64,000 nucleotides of DNA, taken from Eledone cirrhosa (lineage: Eukaryota). Below the pieces are notes generated by a model that was not told the DNA's origin, made no database searches, and saw nothing but the letters and a program-made list of their open reading frames with translations. Made by a program: the position numbers and the translations under genes. Every line of letters starts with the position of its first letter. The first letter of the stretch is position 1. This document shows positions 1 to 14,801 of this stretch, piece by piece. Where the stretch lies: NCBI GenBank assembly GCA_964016885.1, contig OZ024740.1:362824001-362888000 (forward strand). The letters run 5' to 3'.

Positions 1-113
1 CGAGATGAATCCAATCATATATATATATCAAATATATTATATATATGATATATGTATATATATAGATATATATCATATATATATAAATACATATATCATA
101 TATATATATATAT

Positions 114-170
<57 letters not shown>

Positions 171-254
171 TATATATATATATATATATATATCATATAT
201 ATATATATATATATCATATATATATAAATACATATATCATATATATATATATAT

Positions 255-309
<55 letters not shown>

Positions 310-330
310 TATATATATATATAATATATA

Positions 331-369
<39 letters not shown>

Positions 370-384
370 ATATATTATATATAT

Positions 385-415
<31 letters not shown>

Positions 416-548
416 CATATATATATATATATATATATAGATATATATATAAATACATATATCTATATATATATATATATATATCATATATATATATCAT
501 ATATATATATATATATATATATCATATATATATATATATATCATATAT

Positions 549-603
<55 letters not shown>

Positions 604-693
604 TATATTTATCATATATAATGATATATATATATATATTTATATATCATATATATATATATATATTCATATATATATATATATATATATATA

Positions 694-724
<31 letters not shown>

Positions 725-913
725 CATATATATATATATATATATATCATATATATCATATATATATATATATATATATATCATATATATATTATATATA
801 TCATATATATATATATATATATATATCATATATATATATATATATCATATATATATATATATATATATATCATATATATATATATATAATCATATATATA
901 TATATATATATAT

Positions 914-969
<56 letters not shown>

Positions 970-982
970 AATAATCTATATG

Positions 983-1045
<63 letters not shown>

Positions 1046-1280
1046 TATATATATATTATATATATATATATATAATATATATATATATATCATATATCTC
1101 TATAATATATCATATATATATATATTGTCATATATCATATGTATATATATATCAAATATATATCATATATATATATATATATATCATATATATATATCAT
1201 ATATATATATATCATATATATATCATATATATAATCCTATATGTTATATATATATCATATATATATATATGATATATATA

Positions 1281-1320
<40 letters not shown>

Positions 1321-1509
1321 TATATTATATATATATTATATATATATCATATATATATATATCATATATATCAAATATATATATATATATCAAATATATA
1401 TATATATATATGATATATGTATATATATAGATATATATCATATATATATATATATATCATATATATATATATATCATATATATATAATATATATATATTC
1501 ATATATATA

Positions 1510-1548
<39 letters not shown>

Positions 1549-1597
1549 TATATATATATATATATAATATATATATATATCATATATATTATATATA
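1..1597. repeat. (TA)n / (CATA)-interrupted microsatellite tract
   Basis: Direct read; the IY-rich ORFs here are translation artefacts. Confidence 0.98.
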
Positions 1598-2304
1598 TGG
1601 CTTTTAATTTTTCAGTTCAGAAAACAAGGAAAACATACAAAAAAGATAAGTTTTTGTGCTTTGACGCAATTATTTTGACGTATATTTATATATGTGTGAT
1701 ATCCTCCTAAAAACAACACACACAAGTGCTTTCTATTTTTCTTTGACTACCATACAGAGTATACGTAATTTAATTTTAAATTAACTTAAGTAGATCTTGT
1801 ATTATTTTGTTTTTTTCTGAGTAACATAATTTAATTTAATATAATTTTATTTGATTTTGACTCGGTGAGCATGTGTGTTGTTGTTTCTTGTTTACTATAT
1901 TGATATTACAATAACTATGGTCACTCTATACGGTTCCCGTTATTTATATTTGTAAACAAACATTTGATTCAACTTATATACAACTTACATCGTGTTTCTA
2001 TATCTTTAACATTTTGGGTTTCATTCATTTAATTTGTTTTCGATTCATCTTATCCCATCTCTCTCTCTCTAACCTTCCCCCACTCTTCCCGCTATATCTC
2101 TCGCTCCTCTCTTCTGTCTCTCTCCCTTTCTTTTCTTCTGTTTCTTTTTCTCTCTCTCTTGATCGCACAAGCCCTCTCTCTCTTTCCTCTAAATCGCTCC
2201 TTCTATATCTCACTGGACTTATATCGCCTCCCTCCCTCTGTCCCTCTCTAACCTCTACCCTACACTTCCCCCTATCTCTCTTTCTCCCCCACCCCCACAG
2301 CGAA

Positions 2305-3238
2305 ATGGACTGCATACAGGAAAAAAGTGAAATTAGGAGTCAGCGAAATTGGTCAAAGATGGAACTAGCGGTTTTGATCAAGGGGTGGACCATGGCTGAT
2401 GGGTCTCCACCAAGCAAAAAGATAGCGGAGAACCTGAAAAGCCATGGGTTTCTGAGGACCCTGGCACAGATAGAGAGAAAGAGAAAAGAAATTGAGAAGG
2501 CGTATATCCTCATAGCGCCACATATGGCGATGCTAAGCCGTGTCCTCAGGGAGGAGAAAACCGAAGGGAAGGGAGGGGAGAGGAGAGGGAGAAGGTAAAA
2601 GAAAAGGAGGAGAGTACAAGCACGGACCTGAAAGAAAATGAGATACGATCCGCCACAGTCAGGGAGGGCAGGCCGGGCAACCAACAAACAAAGGGTAAAG
2701 GTGAAAACGAAATCACCTTCCGAAGGAGAACCAAGCGCAGAGGGACCAGTGGACAACTGTTCAAAGGAAGAACAGAAAGCACCGAGACACTGGGAGCAAA
2801 AAAAAACAAGTAATGTGCAAGGTTTTCAAGAACGGGACATGCTGGCATGGAGAGACAGGGATGGGATGCAGATTCGCCCACCCTAGGTCTCAAACGAACT
2901 ATACCCATCCTACTCGCGCAACATGCCCCATCCAAAGCCGAAATAAGCCGCTCCAGAAGTATGCTGATGTTGCGCGTGCCGCACCAACAAGGAGAAGGCA
3001 CGCACATGCCGACGAGATACAGATGGCAGCAGCAGAGCAGAAACATTTTTTAGTGATGGCAGAGAAGATTGTGGGACAGCTGACCTGGCTGCATCGTCTC
3101 CAGAGCCAGGGTCACCCACACCAGCACTCGAGACCACCGCAGTTAAGGGAGCCAGAGTGGCTGCCGCTGACACCAGACCAGGTGTCATACCGACAGCCAT
3201 TACTGGCACCCCAAAAGTCACACCAATGCTGCTGCTGA
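2305..3238 (+). pseudogene. LINE ORF1 (Myb/SANT-like N-terminal domain + CCCH zinc finger), frameshifted
   Basis: RNWSKMELAVLIKGW...KKIAENLKSHGFLRTLAQIERKRKEIEKAY, then CKVFKNGTCWHGETGMGCRFAH (C-x7-C-x8-C-x3-H). Broken by indels near 2570-2640 and 2800 relative to copy 2. Confidence 0.8.
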
Positions 3239-6201
3239 ATGTCAGAGGCCTGGTGAAACTCAGTAACATGAGTAAAATTTCCTACCTGGGAGACTTAGCC
3301 ATAAGCAATCAAGCATTATGCATGGCACTAACCGAAACGCACCCGACAAGCAGTATAGCAGATGCAGAAATACATATACCGAAATATACTGTATTTCGTT
3401 CGGACAGGAAGGAGAGAACTCATGGTGGGGTTGCTCTGTATATCCGTGAAGATGTCACACCAATTGTACTGTTGACACATTCAAACTCAGTCTGTGACAC
3501 ACCGATAGTACATATGAAGCAACTACAGACAGTAATATGTGTCACATATCGGCCGCCCGATACCCCCAGTCATGAGGGTAAATTTGAGGATAGCCTAAGT
3601 AGGATAGAAGAGGTCCTTGATAAACTGGACCAGGGTCTCAACATTCTACTGCTGGGAGACTTCAACCTACCAAAGGTCAAATGGCCTGAGGGCCACCTCC
3701 TCCCTGGAATGACGTCAATAGAACAGAGACAGACGGAATCCCTGCTGGCCCTCACACACAAGCTGTTCATGGAGCAAGCAATACTCCTCCCAACAAGAGG
3801 TGAAAGTGTCCTGGACCTCTGTTTTACAAACAACGAAGTGCTCATCCACAATGTAAAGGTGACACCAACAATTCTCTCGGATCATAACTTAGTAGAGCTA
3901 ATGATATGTGGTGCAGGAGAACCAACAGAGACAAAACCACCAAGAAGCTCCAGGACGTTATCCAGCCTTAACTTCTACAAGGCTAACTGGAAAAAGATTA
4001 AGAGAGAAATCCGGAAGCAAACATGGAGTGAAAACACCGCCACACAAGACACTAACACACAATTTCAACACTTCATGACAACGATACACACTATATGCAA
4101 AAAGTTTGTCCCGGAGAAAAAGGCAAACAGACACAAAAATCTTATTCCCAGAGATAGGAAAATCCTTATGAGACGTAGAACCAAATTCTCAAACCAGTTG
4201 AATAGTCAACAAAACAAAAACAAGGAATCCTATTTGAAATGTGCATTACTTGGCACCGAGATTGCACTCAAGCTTTCCCATGAGAATGAGAGGGCAAAGA
4301 AAGAGAACAAGGCCATAGAAAACATTAAAAAAAACCCTAAGGCCTTCTTTAAATTTGCAAAAGAAACTGCCTCAGTACATTGCAAGATTGGGCCACTCTT
4401 CCATACGGACGGTTCATTAACCGAAAACCCCCAAAAGATATGTGAAATTCTGAACGAACAGTACAAAAGTGTGTTCACATGTCCACTGAGGCACATGCAA
4501 ATAACGAAGCCATAGGAATTCTTTGATGCCACAACACTACATGAAGAAATGGCAACCATCAACCACATAGACATAACGGAGGGGGATGTGGTGTACGCCA
4601 TTGATGAAATTAGAACAGACTCGGCTGCTGGACCTGATGGATTCCCAGCAGTTCTCTTAAAAATATGTAAGTGGGCCTTAGCAACTCCACTGAAGATGCT
4701 CTTCAGAAGCTCCTTGGCTAGCGGTGTACTACCCAGGGAGCTGACTGAAGGCACAATATGCCCTATCCATAAAGGAGGTAGTAGAGCGGAGGCCAAGAAC
4801 TATAGACCAGTCTCCCTGACGTCGCATATCAATAAGGTCATGGAGCGAGTCGTCAGAAAGAAACTTATCTCTTTCCTCGAGGAAAATGACCGCCTAACTA
4901 GCAAACAACATGGCTTCCGCCCAGGAAGAAGCTGCCTTACACAGCTACTACATCACTACGACTGGGTACTGAAACAACTACTAGACAGCTCACATGTGGA
5001 CGTGATATATCTTGACTTTGCAAAGGCCTTTGACAAGGTCGACCACGGAATGATATGTCACAAACTAAATGGACTTGGCATAACTGGAAAAGTAGGTGAG
5101 TGGCTGCATGACTTCCTAAAGGACAGAAGCCAGACAGTCGCAGCAAATGGAGCCCTCTCACAGGAAACACCAATAACAAGTGGGATGCCCCAGGGGACAG
5201 TCCTGGGACCACTACTGTTTTTGGTGGCTCTCTCAGACATGCCCTCTGTAGTACATACAACAACATCCCTCACTAGCTAGGCTGATGACACTAAGGTAGC
5301 ACAAGCAATCAAAAACCCGGCTGACGCTGCCCAGTTACAGCAGGATCTGGATGCCATATACAAATGGGCGGAAGAAAACAACATGCAGTTTAATGCTGGC
5401 AAATTCCAAGCCCTACGATACAAACTTTCAAACAAACCTGCAAACACAAATATAGTACGGCACAACTACACAGGACCAGGAGGGACCGATATCCCCGTAT
5501 CAAAATCGATACGAGACCTGGGCATAGACTTGAGCGATGATGCATCTTTTTCTTCAAACATCATGAAAGTGGCGACAACATGCAGACGACTCGCTGGCTG
5601 GATCTTGAGGACTTTCCGGACAAGAGATCGAGACACCATGTTGACACTGTGGAGGACTTTTGTCCTAAGCCGCCTGGACTACTGCTCCCAGTTGTGGTCA
5701 CCCCATAGTGTCAAACTAACCACGGAGCTTGAGGCAATCCAGCGAAGCTACACCAAGAGGATTTCCAAGATGAGGGAGACAAGCTACTGGGGGAGGCTGA
5801 AGGAACTGAACCTCTACTCCTTGGAGCGAAGACGGGAGAGATACGCAGTGATCTACATGTGGAAAATCCTGGAGGGACTAGCACCAAACTTTGGCATTGG
5901 GAGCTGGACCAACCGTCGAACAGGACGTCACTGTGTGGTGCCAAAGGTCCCGTCTTCCACATCTAGAATAAGGAGCAGGTATTGCATAAGCCTGGGATTC
6001 AAGGGCCCTCAACTCTTCAACAGGCTGCCGAGGCATCTGAGAGACTTGCATGACGTGGAGGTGGATGTCTTTAAGAAACATCTCGACACCTTGTTATCCA
6101 GGATCCCGGATGAGCCCACAGCAAGATACGAGGGAAACCTAAGGGCAGCAGCAACAAACTCCCTCTTAAACCAGTGGCCAACCTATACAGGCTGGAGATA
6201 A
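3226..6201 (+). pseudogene. LINE ORF2: AP endonuclease + reverse transcriptase, two in-frame stops
   Basis: LLNVRGL, LTET, GGVALY, LLGDFNLP, LDL, SDH (APE); GPDG, YRPVSLTS, QHGFRPGRSC, YLDFAKAFDKV, PQGTVLGP (RT). TAG at 4513-4515 (GAG in copy 2) and TAG at 5278-5280 replacing the Y/F of the (Y/F)ADD motif. Confidence 0.93.
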
Positions 6202-6282
6202 AATGTGTAGCAACAAGGGCGGTGCCCCAGCATGGCCTCAGCCGGATGGCTGAAACAGGTAAAAGAGTAAAAGAGTATATAA

Positions 6283-6420
6283 TTCTTTCTACTTTAGGCA
6301 CAAGGCCAGAAATTACCCAGTGCATTACTCGTACTTTATTTTATCGACCCCGTAAGGATAAAAGGCAAAGTCAACCTCAAAGCATGGCGTCCGACACTCT
6401 ACCGATACTGCCAATTCACC

Positions 6421-6423
<3 letters not shown>
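6283..6423 (-). mobile_element. tRNA-derived SINE copy with internal deletion
   Basis: Reverse complement matches the SINE at 16391-16580 (gaggttgactttgccttt..cggggtcgataaaataaagtac..gccttgtgcctaaagtagaaa). Confidence 0.8.
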
Positions 6424-6500
<77 letters not shown>

Positions 6501-6579
6501 GTGCATTATATATAATATATATAATATTTATATATATATATACATATATATATATATACACACACACATATATATATAC

Positions 6580-6630
<51 letters not shown>

Positions 6631-6828
6631 CTTATATACACATATATATATACATATACATATATATATATATATACTTATATACACATATATATATACA
6701 TATATATATATATATATTATTTATATATATATATACACATATATATATATATACACACATATATATATATATATACTTATATACACATATATATATACAT
6801 ATATACATATATCTATATATATACGCAC

Positions 6829-6859
<31 letters not shown>

Positions 6860-7004
6860 CACATATATATATATACATATATATATATACATATATATAT
6901 ATACATATATATATATACATATATATATATATACATATATATATACATATATATACATATATATATACATATATATATACATATATATACATATATATAT
7001 ATAC

Positions 7005-7053
<49 letters not shown>

Positions 7054-7254
7054 TATATACATATATATACTTATATATATATACTTATATACACATATAT
7101 CTATACATATATATATATACTTATATACACATATATCTATACATATATATATATACATATACATATATATATATATATATACATATATATACATATATAT
7201 ATATATATATACATATATATACATATATATATATATATACATACATATATATAC

Positions 7255-7299
<45 letters not shown>

Positions 7300-7424
7300 C
7301 ATATATATATATATACATATATATATATACATATATACATATATACATATATATACATGTATATATATATACATATATACATATACACATATATATATAC
7401 ATATATATAAATACATATATATAT

Positions 7425-7457
<33 letters not shown>

Positions 7458-7460
7458 TAC

Positions 7461-7530
<70 letters not shown>
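6424..7530. repeat. (TA)n/(TACA) compound microsatellite
   Basis: Direct read. Confidence 0.97.
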
Positions 7531-7533
<3 letters not shown>

Positions 7534-8188
7534 AAGATCGGAATTAAGAGTATTCCGCAGTTCACTGTAATAATAATAATAATAGTATTAGCTCAAAGAA
7601 GAATAGAGAATTTCCTTCTGAGCTCAAATGCAAGTATATATTACACAAAGAGAAGTGTGTTACACAGTGAGATGTGTGTAAAGAATTATTACAAGTGATT
7701 TTACCGTTACTGTATAGGGAACAATATCTACAGGTTAGCAATTAAATAGAAAATAAACCAATTCAGAATCAAATCTCTGGATTAGAGTTTTAAATCACAA
7801 ACCTTATAACTATATTTTGCTGATACGAATCTAGCTTCGTTTCACCACTTATATGTGCAGTATCAGTTCACAAGGATCCTCAGTCAGCAAATGCGAACAC
7901 TGAACACTACACATCTAACCTCATGGATAGAGAGATGTCAAATAGACACGCTGGCCAGAGTAGGTCGAAAACAAGTGGTGAAACGAAGCTAGATTCGTAT
8001 CAGCAAACTATAGTTATAAGGTTTGTGATTTAAAACTCTAATCCCGAGATTTGATTCTGAATTGTTTTTTTTTCTATTTAATTGGTAACCTGTAGATATT
8101 GTTCCCTATACAGTAACGGTAAAATCACTTGTAATAATTCTTTAGACACATCTCACTGTGTAACACACTTCTCTTTGTGTAATATATA

Positions 8189-8191
<3 letters not shown>
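7531..8191 (-). mobile_element. Non-coding PLE-type element with ~220 bp inverted arms, (TA)n-flanked
   Basis: 7632-7850 is the reverse complement of 7973-8191; carries an HHR; TA tracts on both sides. Confidence 0.75.
7816..7891 (-). ncRNA. Type I hammerhead ribozyme (GUA site)
   Basis: Minus strand: tttgctga CTGAGGA t[stem II]t GAAA cgaa gctaga ttcg TA tcagcaaa; 8-bp stem I, 5-bp stem III. Confidence 0.8.
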
Positions 8192-8270
<79 letters not shown>

Positions 8271-8275
<5 letters not shown>

Positions 8276-8679
8276 CAGTTGCTTTCACTTCAATTTATTA
8301 CATATTTATAAATTTATAAATTTACAAATCTACAAACTTATAAATTTCTGGTTGGTTGGCTGGTTCCACAACCAGATAGTTGTTTATATATAGTCATAGT
8401 CCTTTCGTCACACACTCTCTGACCTCTTCAGTGACTGGGGATTCCTTTCTTTGTTTCTGTGCCTTTCCTTTCTTCTATCCTACGCCATTTTGTTTCTGTG
8501 TGTGTGTTGTATGCTCAGTTTGCGCATGCGCCACATCCGGGTGTCTGTGTGTGTTTGTGTTCATTTATCTATTTGTTTATTTATTTATTTATTTGCAACA
8601 TGACCCTCCCAAAGTATAACAATATCGGTTTCAACACACGATTTCAGATAAAGAATCTTGCTAAACAAATTCAGAAACG

Positions 8680-8717
<38 letters not shown>

Positions 8718-8857
8718 CGTTTCTGAATTTGTTTAGCAAGATTCTTTATCTGAAATCGTGTGTTGAAACCGATATTGTTATACTTTGGGAGGGTCATGTT
8801 GCCAATAAATAAATAAATAAACAAATAGATAAATGAACACAAACACACACAGACACA
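8271..8857 (-). mobile_element. HHR-bearing element ending in a ~315 bp palindrome centred on a (TA)n tract
   Basis: 8542-8681 and ~8716-8857 are near-perfect reverse complements; HHR at 8392-8436. Confidence 0.65.
8392..8436 (-). ncRNA. Minimal type I hammerhead ribozyme (CUA site)
   Basis: Minus strand: agtca CTGAAGA g gtca gagagtgtg tgac GAAA ggac TA tgact. Confidence 0.72.
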
Positions 8858-8859
8858 TA

Positions 8860-8980
8860 TAGAACATCGGCTAGAATGCTTTGCAGTATTCGTTTCCGCT
8901 CACTGCTGTCCGAGTTCAAAACCTGCTGAGGTCAATTTACCTTTCATAAAAAACTACCAGTCTATCTAGTACTGGGGTGG
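8860..8980 (+). mobile_element. Diverged SINE fragment (same family as 16391-16580)
   Basis: B-box-like gagttcaaaacc followed by tgaggtcaatttacctttcat. Confidence 0.55.
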
Positions 8981-9199
8981 GATCTTCCTCTATGTCTCTT
9001 TCTCATATCCATTTTCTTCCTTTCTATCCTTCTCTGGTAGAAATGTGCTGTATTCAGACCTGGAGATGGGATCCGCCATGTTTTAAAACAACGCCATAGA
9101 AACGCCGTATGTCAATACGGCGCCCCTACGACACCCACACGAGTTATGAGACCATATGTATATGTGTGTGTTACTATGTGAATATGTATATGAATGTGT

Positions 9200-9587
<388 letters not shown>

Positions 9588-10094
9588 TATGAAATATTCA
9601 ACCACTTGCACTTTAATTTCACAATCAGGCTGTTCGGTTGATTGACTCAAAAGAATCGTCAGAAAAAACGGCGGTCTAACAGTAGTAGAAAAGAAAAAAA
9701 TAAACATTGTTACTCTAAACTATATTTGAAAAAGGATACAAATGTTGTTTCTGGTGACTGTTATTCTTTAATGATCAAATGTTTTACAATGATGTGTAGT
9801 TATGGAAACTCTAGCGATCAAGCGATTGATCGAGGTTCTCGTTTTTAAACCAATTTTAAGCTGGTCTTCCGTGAGTCTGGCGTTAATATAGTCCTGGCAC
9901 ATATCTTGGAATCAGTGCGGTTTTGGGCAGGAAAGTGTTTAAACAAAAACTGCAAATCAAATCAAACCAACCGAAGATCATAAATAAACATGTGTCATTA
10001 TTTGGTGATTTTAAAAGTCTATCTTAAGCCAGAAGATTTGTTAGGCCGTGATTATCCCGTTTTTATGGTGTGAAGTAACTAAAAGTACAAGACT

Positions 10095-10292
10095 CCACCC
10101 TAGACAGGACACCAGTCCATCGTCGAGTTAAACCTCCGGCTATTGCTGGTGCTCGTTTTCAGCTGAGTATGCTGGAGCAACGTGAAATGAAGTGTTTTGC
10201 TCAAGAACACAACACACAACCCAGTCCAGGAATCGAATCCACGACATTGTGATCGTACGTCCAACACCCTTACCACTAGGCCACGCGCCTCC
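10095..10292 (-). mobile_element. tRNA-derived SINE with CORE-like central domain
   Basis: Minus strand A box gtggcctagtggt, B box ggattcgattcc, then tgtgttcttgagcaaaacacttc (resembles the CORE consensus). Confidence 0.75.
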
Positions 10293-10744
10293 ACAAATGT
10301 ACTATTTGGTGAATAAAAGAAAAAAAATGGGTGAGAGTAAGGTAGTGACATATCAGTTGGGCATAATATTATAAACATGAAAAGGGCCAGATATTAAAAG
10401 GGAGTGGTCATAAGGAAAGGAAAACATTCATTCTGCGAAAATAAGTGAAACACAAACACATACATACATTCATAAATACATTCATAAATACATTCATACA
10501 TACATACACAATAATATGTCTTTACTTTGGTGGTTTAAAAGCTTGTAGTGCAGGGAGTGAATGGTGAAGGGTGTTAGCATTTGTATCAACCCCCACTGTC
10601 TCAATTCAAAGAATATATACATAAAATATACGCACACACACACACACACACACACACACGCTATATATATATATATATATATATATAAACACGTATGTAT
10701 TTACAGCCAAACACTATTACTATATGGAGATACATTTCACGCCT

Positions 10745-12390
10745 AACTAAAAACAAAACAACTGGGAAGGTTATCTGGACAATTGCCTTATCTTATGGCA
10801 AGAAAACCTCGTTACGCTCACAGAATTCAAAAATATGATAAATAAACTTAACAACAGCATCCAATTCACAATGGAGTTTAATACCTTTTTAGATATCACA
10901 ATTTCAGAAAGCAGACGGGAGAATAGAAACAGATATTTTCTATAAACCCAGGATTCCAAACATTACCTCCGATTTACATCACGTCACTCAAAACCCACGA
11001 AATTGAATATTCCGTTTAACCTAGCAAAATGAATATGCACAATAGTATCGATCAAGCGTGAACAAAGAATTGGATAAACTGTAAAATATACTCATCCAAA
11101 GAGCCTTTCCAATAGGCATAATCACAAACGAAATGGAAAGGGCAAAATATATAGATGTCCAAGAGCTAAATAAAATCAAAATAAAACAAAATAAAACAAG
11201 GGAAGATGTTTTACCATATGTGTCAACTTTCAAACCCAGAAATATCGAAATGTTTGACTATCTTGGACAAAAAGTCTCTCTATTCTACATGAGGATGAAG
11301 AAAAAATGAAAAGATTTCCAGAAACAGACCAAATCAACAGAAGAAAAAAAAACAGCCCCCAAACACTGAAACATATTCTTATTGGGGCAAAACCCACAAA
11401 CAAATTTCCAATTCCACTGTTACACAATGTGGAAGAACAAACTGTGGTACTTGCTTATACCTAATGAAAGACTGGAATTCAAATTTAAGTATGGACAAAC
11501 CTTCAGAGTAAAAGAAAATTTCACCTTCAACTCGGAAAACCTAATGATTACTTGTAATTATTGCTGTGGACGTTTATGAAATTACATAGGACAGACGAGA
11601 GTATCATTACGCAAAATAATGACCATACACCACTAACAATTCCGTGATGAAAACTCGAAATAAATACCCTTAAACCAGTTATAGGCGAGCCATTCAGAAG
11701 TTTTCTGAATGGTTCGCTTAAGTCACCTAAGTGAAATCTTTCTGATTTTTTTACCCTAACTTTTCAGTCGTTATTTATCTTTCTATCATTTTTACGACCG
11801 AGGAAAACAAAGTGTACGAATTCTGAAGAAACAAATCAAAACAACCTGAGTTACCGCCCTTTTTTATGTGGACACGAATGTAAATTAGCACACCTGATGA
11901 TGAACCATATTTCATGCGTCCTGCTTCTCGAAAAAGGTCGCCCATGCCTGATATAAACAGTCACATTACAACGTGTCAGGATTGGATTTACTCAACTTTT
12001 ACCCTCTACAAATGCTCACTCTTTCACTTAACAACAGAGAATAACTACAGAAAACAATTTATTAATAAATATAAGCTTGAATTAAATATGTAATGCCCCA
12101 GCCCTCCTTTAAACAATAAACAATGATCTAGAGATTAGACTAGCCAATTTATACACATCGCTAAGCAAACCTATGCATGTGCAACCAGAGACACACATCC
12201 ACACAAACAGACACAGACACCACAGTAACCAGAGACACAGAGACACACACACCACAAGATAAAAGGAAAACTCATAGCTCCGAAGAAACCTCCACTAAAA
12301 ACCTTTTCTTTCCTTCGTTTATTTTTTTCGTAGGGTTAATCTTATTCCCTTTTACTGTTTACCTCTAATCTTCGATTTGTATGAAAGTTT
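10745..12390 (+). mobile_element. Old, heavily mutated Neptune-type PLE 3' half
   Basis: Fragments translate to IQFTME, ETDIFYK, NIPFNLA, QCGRTNCGTC, YIGQT, colinear with the younger element at 19285-21561. Confidence 0.82.
11676..11950. mobile_element. hAT-like MITE inserted in the old PLE
   Basis: Imperfect TIRs cagttataggcgagcc / ggtcgcccatgcctg; imperfect 8-bp TSD ccttaaac / atataaac; PLE reading frame resumes after it. Confidence 0.6.
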
Positions 12391-12555
12391 ACTCACTTCT
12401 TATATATATATAATAGTAATAATAATTATGAAGACCAAAATCCGAAGAGGGCTCGATAAGGATTTTGTATATATATGTATATAATAATAAAAAATATATA
12501 TAATATAGATAAAAGATGTTTATTGGTTTGGCTGGTTGGTTGAATCGCATGAAAA

Positions 12556-12667
<112 letters not shown>

Positions 12668-13247
12668 ACGCACGCACACACACACATCTAAAGAGAGAGA
12701 GACACAGCGGGAGAGGCAGAAAGAGAGAGATAGGCCGTTATACAGAGAGAGATACAGTTAAAGTGTTAAATATTCAGAGAGAGAGAGAGAATAGGCGAGA
12801 GAGTATCGTCCCATGAAAGTCTAGAAACGGCTTAAACTATAGATCCTTTGAACTATAGGAAGGTTTAACAATATTTCGTTAACTTTTATAAAGTCGTTTT
12901 AGTGTTTGATTTTAGGAACCAAGAAACATTGATAATATTTGAAATTAATTTACCTTCCAGCTTTTATCCATATACTACTTACAGTCCATACTAACGAAAC
13001 AACACTTCAGAAGCAACGTTATGTGGTATATTGCTGTATTCCAGATGATGTCCTTTGGAGCTCAAACAGATCATACTGACTATGGTTATTTCACAAGATT
13101 TAAAATTCAAGGCTAATGTTACCATTTAATCGGCAGTTTACTCCCCCAGCCCAATAAGGAAGATTTATAATTGTTTTATTTTGTCTCTCTCACACACACA
13201 CGCATACTAGACAAAACATCCAATACAGTCGTTTTCTCTTCACTGTT

Positions 13248-13279
13248 CTCCCGGGCGAAGCCGGTTTACCTCAGCTAAT
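13248..13279 (+). mobile_element. Helitron-like 3' terminus
   Basis: ccgggcgaagccgg hairpin followed by cagCTAAt (CTAG-like); 5' end not located. Confidence 0.45.
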
Positions 13280-13281
13280 TA

Positions 13282-13358
13282 TATATAAACCCGTAGACAC
13301 GAATATTTATTATTAGTACAGATTAAAGTTTAAGCAAAGAATCGCTGCTTTCACCCTA
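13282..13358 (-). mobile_element. Naiad terminal fragment (3' half of HHR + tail)
   Basis: Matches 51121-51194 (ccgtaga..atatttatt..cagattaaagtttaagcaaagaatcgctgctttcaccct). Confidence 0.75.
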
Positions 13359-13697
13359 TTCACTAATAATAATAATAATAATAATATATATTTGTGTGTG
13401 TGTGTATGTGTGTGTGTGTGCGTGTATGGTTATATTGGGGTTTACCAATATAGATCTTCGTAAAGATGATATATATATATATATACAGAGAGAGAGAGAG
13501 AGAGAGAGAGCACGAGGTGAAGAGGAGCAGAGATACAAGCAAAAGATAAATCGAAATAATAACATGTTGATTTCGTTGTTCTGTAAAAAGCGCAATGGAA
13601 ATAAGATGCCAAAAAGCCCTACACCAGAGCACAGCTTAGCGACAATATTACTACAGAAATGACATTAATTTATATCTTATAATACATGACAAGGTAG

Positions 13698-13738
<41 letters not shown>

Positions 13739-13850
13739 CATCAGTGAAACTACACACCGATTGGTCGAAATACAGTTTTCAAGATTTAGCATTCTGGAGC
13801 CACTTTTCACTGTATATAAGGTACACATTTTCAACTGTAATGAGATGGGT

Positions 13851-13907
<57 letters not shown>

Positions 13908-13931
13908 AAATATGTATATATATATATGTAA

Positions 13932-14046
<115 letters not shown>

Positions 14047-14049
14047 ATA

Positions 14050-14761
14050 AATAACAAAGAACGCTTATAGCATATGCATATCCTTACTTGCTAACATTGT
14101 TTCATCCGCACTATAAGTGGGACTCATCAGAGCATAAAGGTTAATTACATACCATACAAGCAATAACAAATCCAAGACATTGAAGAATGAAAGGTAATAA
14201 TAGACGATAAAGGATATTAAGGAAGTAAAAGTAAAAATAAAGATAAGAATACTAAGCAATGAAAAATAAGGGATGAAAAATGAGGGATGAAAAATAAGGG
14301 GTGCTATCAGTCACAGTTGGGCGGGGTGCTGTCAACATATAGTTACATACAAGCATACACATGGATAAGAGAACAGACAAGAGTAGACACATGGATAAGA
14401 GAACAGACAAGAGTAGATAAGATAGATGGGATTAGGTAAGAGTAGGTAAAAAATAGGTAAAAAATAGGTGAAAAAACAGACTTATAATATATATAAAAAT
14501 AAGAAAATATAAAGAAATACAAAGAAATACATAACAAACTTACATATAAAATATAAAATATACAGATAATAGTGATACAGGGTAAGGAATGAGATAAAAT
14601 AATATAAAATTAAAATTAAAAATTATATACATAGAACATAATATAATATAATCGTACAATAAGATAAAATAAGGTAAACTAAAATCAAATAACATAGACT
14701 AAATTAAAATAATATAATATAAGATATAATTAAATGTATAATTAAATGTAATTAAATGTAA

Positions 14762-14801
<40 letters not shown>

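Larger units (their letters stand above)
1600..6282 (+). mobile_element. CR1-group LINE, near full length, copy 1 (inactive)
   Basis: 5' region shared with copy 2 (from ~1715 and ~23880), ORF1, APE-RT ORF2, 3' GC-rich hairpin and short tail repeat (gtaaaaga)x2 at ~6259-6275. Confidence 0.92.

Noticed and set aside
8599-8682. Short ORF MTLPKYNNIGFNTRFQIKNLAKQIQKR on both arms of the palindrome
   Set aside because: Runs into TA repeat, no recognisable domain; double occurrence follows from the palindrome.
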